From an uncultured Acidobacteriota bacterium (GTDB lineage: Bacteria > Acidobacteriota > Blastocatellia > RBC074): a stretch of 64,000 nucleotides of DNA. Each line of letters begins with the position of its first letter. The first letter of the stretch is position 1. The DNA lies in assembly GCA_963796275.1 (NCBI GenBank), contig CAWCKY010000002.1:320001-384000 (forward strand), written 5' to 3'. The notes beneath the pieces are model-generated. The model saw nothing but the letters and a program-made list of their open reading frames with translations. It did not search any database and was not told the origin of the DNA. Below, piece by piece: positions 58,490 through 64,000 of this stretch. The position numbers and the translations under genes were made by a program.

Positions 58490-59146
58490 TTAACCGAGAA
58501 TAACCAAAACGCCACTCAGCATCAAGGCAATGATCCAGAGCAGGTCGAGATTGAACCAGGTACGGCGAAGCAGCGCCAATCCGAGCTTTTCATATACTAT
58601 CAAGGCAATCAGCGTGGCAACCAACAGATGGCCGAGGCTATGAACCCCGACAGCTCCTAACCAGCTCAACGCATTGCCGAAACCTACCATACGGAGATGG
58701 CCCGCGTGTGAATCATGCTCTATTTGGCCGCTGTGTTCTGCGTGAGGCCAGGCAACCAGGATCGGCACCAGCATCAACCCCGCTCCATGCGTCGATGCCA
58801 TAAGGAATGACCATAAGGTGAGGTCGCGAAAACCGACGCGCATACCAACCCAGCGCATGTGGCGGGAGCGGACGAGGCGATAGACGCCGAAAGCTAACAG
58901 AAAAGCTCCGGCGCCATAACGTAACACATTTTCAGGCAAACTGGACCCTGCGAGCCACAGCAAGCTTACTACCGATGCAATCGAAAGCGCGTGCCCCAAT
59001 GCGATGGGCGGTATCGCTGCCAGCACTGCCCACCGGCTTTTCTCCTGCATACCTAGCGCGACAGCGAAGAGCCATCCCATCCCTGGGTTCACGCCGTGAT
59101 AAGCTCCCAGACCAAATAATGTCAGCCAGGGCCAAAAGTCACTCAT
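58490..59146 (-). CDS. His-rich integral membrane protein coupled to the SBP56 gene
   Basis: About six TM helices; GAYHG, GHALS, STHGAG, HAEH..HDSHAGH, VHSLGH; 4-bp ATGA overlap with the upstream gene. Confidence 0.8.
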   Translation of the reverse strand: MSDFWPWLTLFGLGAYHGVNPGMGWLFAVALGMQEKSRWAVLAAIPPIALGHALSIASVVSLLWLAGSSLPENVLRYGAGAFLLAFGVYRLVRSRHMRWVGMRVGFRDLTLWSFLMASTHGAGLMLVPILVAWPHAEHSGQIEHDSHAGHLRMVGFGNALSWLGAVGVHSLGHLLVATLIALIVYEKLGLALLRRTWFNLDLLWIIALMLSGVLVILG

Positions 59147-60537
59147 GAATAACAGTAAGAATCGGATGAGCAGTCTCCGCCCTCCAGGCGGATCTGATGC
59201 GACCGGTATCCATCAAACTCCACGAAGAAATCGGAATCAATACTGAGACCGCCCGTCGGATCAACATTCAGCTTGGCCATCCAACTCCGTAATCCATCAG
59301 GATAGAACTGATCATCCACTGCAGAGTAAAGAGAGTTGGTGAAGTAGACGCGCTTTCCGTCGCGACTCACCTCGACCATTTGCGGCGCACCGTTGAGCGG
59401 CACATTGGGTTTCTTCGGGTGCGGTGTACGGCGAACGATGCCACCCAGATGTACCGAGCTCTTGAGCTTCGGTTCGAATGGATCAGAAACGTCGTATTGC
59501 TGCATCTCTCCCGTACCCCAACAGGAGACATAGAGAAAGCGATCGTCGAGCGACAGATTGATGTCGGTCACTAGCGGCGGCACAGCCTTGAAACCTTGCA
59601 GAAACGGCGGCAACTGCGCCGGGTCCGCCGGCTCCGCCGGAATCTCGATCACCTTCTTAATATGCCAACTGCCGTTGTCACGGTACCAAAGCCAGACTGA
59701 GCTCGACAGATCTTTGAGCGAGATCACGACACCGACGAAACCGTAGGTTTTGGTGGGATCGTGGGCGGCTCGCAGCTCGAATACCAATTGCTGCTCCGCA
59801 CCCAGGTCGAGCGTTTGCAGATGCTTGCGCCGGCGCAGATCCCAGATGTGAAGATGTCGTCCGTACTTGCCGTTGAGAAGCAGGTCCGGCTGCAAACCGT
59901 TCTCAAACATTTCGGGTGTGCCCCACTCACTCGTTATCATTATGTCGTGGCCGAGGTGCCACCAGAAATCATAAGACAGGTACTGAGGCCCACGGTCCAC
60001 TTCCCACTGACCGAGTACATCGAAAGAGTCATGATCGAGCAGAAAGATGCCACCCGGCCCTCCTCCTTCGGGCGATCCCATACCGTTGACATAAATGCCC
60101 TCCGGACCGCAATGGATAGTGTGAGGTCGCGAGTAACGGGCGCGGGAAAAGACCTCTCCCGGCTCAATTACCTTCACAATTTTGGGTTGGCTGGGATTGT
60201 TCTTAGTATCCAGAATGTGAATGCGCGACGAGCGGAGGCCGGGTACCACCAGGTACCGCCGCTCGATGTGCGGATGCGGCGCATATGGGCAGAGCGCCGA
60301 ACTGCACGCATTCCATCCGAAATGATGTAACTCATCGCCCGCATTTGGCATGTCTACTTTGCCGATCAGCTGCCCGTATGCGGACGAACCCGGATCCACA
60401 TCGACTACGGTCATCGCATCGGGACGACCATCTTTGTTCGGGTTGAATACCGCGACGTAAGCCAGCCGCTCTGGTGGGGCCTGCATAGCTAAACGTGGCG
60501 ACGGATAAAACGTCGGATCTGGTTTCCATTTTGCCAT
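59143..60537 (-). CDS. Selenium-binding protein SBP56 / methanethiol oxidase-like beta-propeller
   Basis: DELHHFGWNACSS, PHTIHC, YDFWWH, SEWG, GAPQMVEVS, DQFYP, GGDCSSD; probable start is ATG 60537 with a GGAGG RBS. Confidence 0.92.
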   Translation of the reverse strand: MAKWKPDPTFYPSPRLAMQAPPERLAYVAVFNPNKDGRPDAMTVVDVDPGSSAYGQLIGKVDMPNAGDELHHFGWNACSSALCPYAPHPHIERRYLVVPGLRSSRIHILDTKNNPSQPKIVKVIEPGEVFSRARYSRPHTIHCGPEGIYVNGMGSPEGGGPGGIFLLDHDSFDVLGQWEVDRGPQYLSYDFWWHLGHDIMITSEWGTPEMFENGLQPDLLLNGKYGRHLHIWDLRRRKHLQTLDLGAEQQLVFELRAAHDPTKTYGFVGVVISLKDLSSSVWLWYRDNGSWHIKKVIEIPAEPADPAQLPPFLQGFKAVPPLVTDINLSLDDRFLYVSCWGTGEMQQYDVSDPFEPKLKSSVHLGGIVRRTPHPKKPNVPLNGAPQMVEVSRDGKRVYFTNSLYSAVDDQFYPDGLRSWMAKLNVDPTGGLSIDSDFFVEFDGYRSHQIRLEGGDCSSDSYCYS

Positions 60538-60953
60538 TTTCCCTCCTTCCACCGACGTTCTAATAATACTCTAACAATCATTAGGGACTCAACCGAAGGA
60601 TGAAGGCGGAGGCAGTTATTTGCAGTGGGGGAAAGACTTCGCGATATTTTAAGTGCTGCAAGAGGATGCAGGCTGACATAGCATCATAGGGTCTCTCGCT
60701 GCGGTTAAAACATTGACTGATCGGGTGCGCTCTCGGGCATGGCTTCATACGATGCATTCGACGATGTCCATTCAGATATTCAGATACAAATTATGTATTC
60801 CGATATTCTCGCTCTATACCCGCATCTGCCGTTGTAATATTGACTCGATGCTACTCCGCACATAAAATAGCCTCGCATTCACTCTGCTGGCGCTTCCTGC
60901 ATCAGTACCTTGCCAGCCATGACACAAAAATCAATCAACACTGGAGGAAATAA

Positions 60954-61226
60954 ATGTTCACAACTCAAATTGGAAGACTTTTGCGCAATTTCCTCATTCT
61001 AGGCGCGCTCGCTGTCTGCATAACGATTTTCCCTCGGGATAACAAAGCGGCAATTCCATGCTGTGATGCCTGTTTGAATACCTATCGCAATTGTCTGACC
61101 GGATGCGGCAGTGACTTCCCTTGCAAGGAACGCTGCTATGATACTTACTATTCTTGCATTAGCTCTTGTAACGTGGAGAGCCTGACCAGTAACGATAAGA
61201 GCCAATCCCTGATTTGTCCGCTATAG
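60954..61226 (+). CDS. Small secreted cysteine-rich protein
   Basis: GGAGG RBS, hydrophobic leader, and 10 Cys in the mature part, with two C-x3-C-x6-C-x3-C units. Confidence 0.75.
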   Translation: MFTTQIGRLLRNFLILGALAVCITIFPRDNKAAIPCCDACLNTYRNCLTGCGSDFPCKERCYDTYYSCISSCNVESLTSNDKSQSLICPL

Positions 61227-61610
61227 GAACTGAGACCGCCTAAAACTAAAGGGAAACAATAGAACATTGCAGTCGGGGAGCGTAAACGATCTGTGCATTT
61301 GGGAATATAATATTCATCAAGGCACAGTCTCTTACGCTCTCCCTACTACACCGGCATGTGTCTCGATGTTGCCTGGATTGATACCGGGTGACAATTCCCT
61401 TTGTAGACAGATTCATCTTATGGGTAATGGAACCAGAAGGTATTTATGGTATATCTCCTTTGTAAGGAAGTCATGCGGGAAGTATGTAAGGCTCACTTCG
61501 TGAATCCTTGTATTTTGCGATCGAAATGTAACAATTCTGTATAATTTTCAGGGCTTCCCGGTAAGACTCGATCGCTGAATGTGATCATTAATGCCTAGGA
61601 CGAATGAGTT

Positions 61611-62819
61611 TCATATTTCCTCGAATGCGCCGATGTGTTCAACCCTGGTCTCATCAGCCTTAGACAGAGCAAACTTCGTCAGTACTGGACCCAATATTTC
61701 ATTGATGAGGACCGACCCGAGTATAACGGTAGCAATCACTTCTGCGTACTCGGGAAAGGCGGTGCGCACTTGCAGTGCCAACCCGATTGCCACGCCAGCA
61801 TGTGCCACGAGCGTAACACCGAGGTACTTGCTTATAACGTCAGGATAACCCAGTTTTTTCGCACCGTACCAGGCTCCCGCCATCTTGCCAGCGATGCGCG
61901 ACAGCGTGTAGCCTGCGCCGCTTATGCCGATCAGCAGAAGCGATGATAGTTGAAGATGAGCTCCCGCAAGCACAAAGAAGATCGCGTATAGCGGCGGGTC
62001 GGTCTTGCCGAGCACTTCAAAGAGACGCCGGCTCTCCCGTTCCAGATTGATCAATGCTGCACCCAATGTCATCGTGGCTATTAGCGATGACAGGCCGAGC
62101 CAGTGCGAAGCCCCCACGGCGATCAGAATCATTCCCATGACCAGAATCAGGATCTCTCCGTACTCATCGACATGCTTCCCCCAGTGCGCCAGAACATAGC
62201 CCAACAATATTCCCAGCGCGATAGAACCTACGATGTTCCAAATCACTAAGAGGAATTCCCTTCCCAAGACGGACGCCAGCGAAGGTGTAGTTTCTGTGCT
62301 GTCAAACAATTTCACGACGAACGTCGCAAGGCCGAAGGCGATGAGGCAACCGACATTATTGATCGCCAATACGTTGTTCACTGCATCCGTTAATCGCCCT
62401 CGCGAATTGACTTCCCGCATCACTAGAACCGTCGCAATCGGCGAGACCTCGACCGCGATGATTCCCAGCAGCAGCGCCACCTGCCAGCTCCCATTAAGCG
62501 CCAGTAGCGTGATAAAGACGGCCAAAACGGTTCCAGCCATCACATAAAGGATTAGCAGTAATGTGCGTTTGCCAACTCTCCGCAGATTATCAAATTCGAA
62601 GACCGCCCCGATGCCAAACAGGATCAGCCCCAACGCGATTTCGCTGAAGAATTCGAGAGTCGTCACTGTTTCACTGCTCAGTATTTGCGCAAAAGACGGG
62701 CCCAAAAACAGTCCGATCAAAAAATACCCGACTACTTCCGGTACTCGTATGAACTTGACCAGATGACCGCCGGCCAGCGCAAGCACCAGAATTAGGCCGA
62801 CCAACAGGATGTTGCTCAT
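61611..62819 (-). CDS. Cation:proton antiporter (CPA2 / Na+/H+ exchanger family)
   Basis: About 12-13 TM helices; PEVVGY..GLFLGP, FFVLAGAHL, HAGVAIGLA, NEILGP. Confidence 0.88.
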   Translation of the reverse strand: MSNILLVGLILVLALAGGHLVKFIRVPEVVGYFLIGLFLGPSFAQILSSETVTTLEFFSEIALGLILFGIGAVFEFDNLRRVGKRTLLLILYVMAGTVLAVFITLLALNGSWQVALLLGIIAVEVSPIATVLVMREVNSRGRLTDAVNNVLAINNVGCLIAFGLATFVVKLFDSTETTPSLASVLGREFLLVIWNIVGSIALGILLGYVLAHWGKHVDEYGEILILVMGMILIAVGASHWLGLSSLIATMTLGAALINLERESRRLFEVLGKTDPPLYAIFFVLAGAHLQLSSLLLIGISGAGYTLSRIAGKMAGAWYGAKKLGYPDVISKYLGVTLVAHAGVAIGLALQVRTAFPEYAEVIATVILGSVLINEILGPVLTKFALSKADETRVEHIGAFEEI

Positions 62820-64000
62820 TGCACCACCACCCTTTCCCGGACTGCCAGGAAGAATACCTGCTCTCCTCGTCTTATCTGCCAGAGCTGCATATCCTCTGAA
62901 GTTCTTTTCTGCTGTATGCGCTGGAAACCAGCATGGCCGCTGAATCGCCTGCGATCGACCGCGACGATGACGTCATCTGATTGCAAGCCCAATCGTGCCG
63001 CCACACTGGCCGGCCGCACAGCATTGATCTTTACACCTGCGGGTAGAACGGCGCGATCAAGTTCCACCACAAGCGTCTGCTCGCTCTCATCCAGCTTCTG
63101 ATTTGTTTGATCTGTTACGCTCATGTATGGGCGCGTTACAACCTCAAACACGCGTTCTCTTGCGTTACGACGGATAGTCAGATTCAAGGTTATACCGGGA
63201 GCTGTCTGATTAATCGTTTCGATCAACTGCCTCGCCGTAGAGAACATGCTGACCGTTGATACGAACGACCATATCCATCTCGCGCAACCCGGATCCCGCG
63301 GCCGGGCTATCGGATTTGACCAGCGAAATGAGAGCACCCTGCTCGACTTCAAAGTATTCGCGTAAATCATCACTCAGCTCTTGCAGCTCTATCCCTATCC
63401 AGGACTGAGGTTCCGGAATCTTCGCATGAATGAGTCTTTGTGCTACCTTCAGCGCGTGACTTATCGGTATTACATATCCTTGATTACCGTTATCTTGAGG
63501 CTGTCGAAGATTAATGCCCGTGATTTTGCCTTCGAGGTTGATTGCCGGGCAACCATCCTGTTCAGCGACAATCGATGAGTCCAGTAGGAAGGTCTCGAGT
63601 CCCGTCGCATCGCGTCTGACTACCGAAATCATATCCAGCGATACGCTCCGCTGCCCCGTCGGTGAGCGCGCGAGGCTGACGAGCCATGTACCAGCTTGCT
63701 GCGCGGGCTTTTCATCAATTTCCGCCAATTTAATGAGCACATTCGATTCTCGCAACTTCAGCACAGCCAGGTGTTCAGCCTGATCGAAGGCCACCAGGTC
63801 GGCAAACAGTTGACTGCCATTGTCTAAAAGAATATTGAATCGATCGCCGGCATCGACGACCTTGTCAGTAGTCAGGATATGACCTTCCACGTCGATTAGG
63901 ACGCCGGAGGCGACTGATGCTAGAGCTGGCGTCGTGCCAATTGCCTGAGAGTCCAGATAATCGTTGAAAATGGCAATAGTACGCGGAGGCTGCAATCCCT
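62816..64000 (-). CDS. HtrA/DegQ-like trypsin-fold protein with two PDZ domains; frameshift near 63240; runs off the right edge
   Basis: ASGVLID..GHILT, INLEGKITGIN, GYVIP, WIGIELQEL, SPAAGSGL..D, AARLGLQSDDVIVAVD; the two ORFs join at INGQHV/STARQL. Confidence 0.75.

Noticed and set aside
60560-60940. Riboswitch (SAM or cobalamin) upstream of SBP56
   Set aside because: I could not find the conserved core motifs on either strand.

Overview
This is a bacterial chromosomal window. The gene content (four Oar-like TonB-dependent receptors with CarboxypepD_reg N-termini, a TIGR03437-like C-terminal domain, a DUF1553/DUF1501 pair, many intergenic palindromes) points to Acidobacteriota, probably Blastocatellia-like; this is inferred, not verified. 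It is an accessory patchwork of secreted or periplasmic hydrolases (M28, C1, M23 and M36 peptidases, amidase, lipases), transporters, regulators, gene remnants and small repeats. I found no rRNA, tRNA or CRISPR array. Main points: (1) a self-contained sigma-54 module in which a histidine kinase with an unusual CoA-transferase-tail-like N-terminal domain and an NtrC-type activator sit upstream of a readable UAS/IHF/-24/-12 promoter driving a TonB receptor and a hydrolase; (2) a tnpB-only IS200/IS605 element whose two ends, TAM (TTTAT), omega-RNA scaffold and guide can be read from sequence, although the ORF has many single-base indels; (3) an SBP56/methanethiol-oxidase-like gene coupled to a His-rich membrane protein, divergent from a 10-Cys secreted mini-protein; (4) a ~250 bp nested palindrome and several other REP-like families; (5) chimeric or internally deleted genes; (6) an HtrA-like protein lacking its catalytic triad, coupled to a cation:proton antiporter. 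All family assignments come from motif recognition by eye; no database searches were run.
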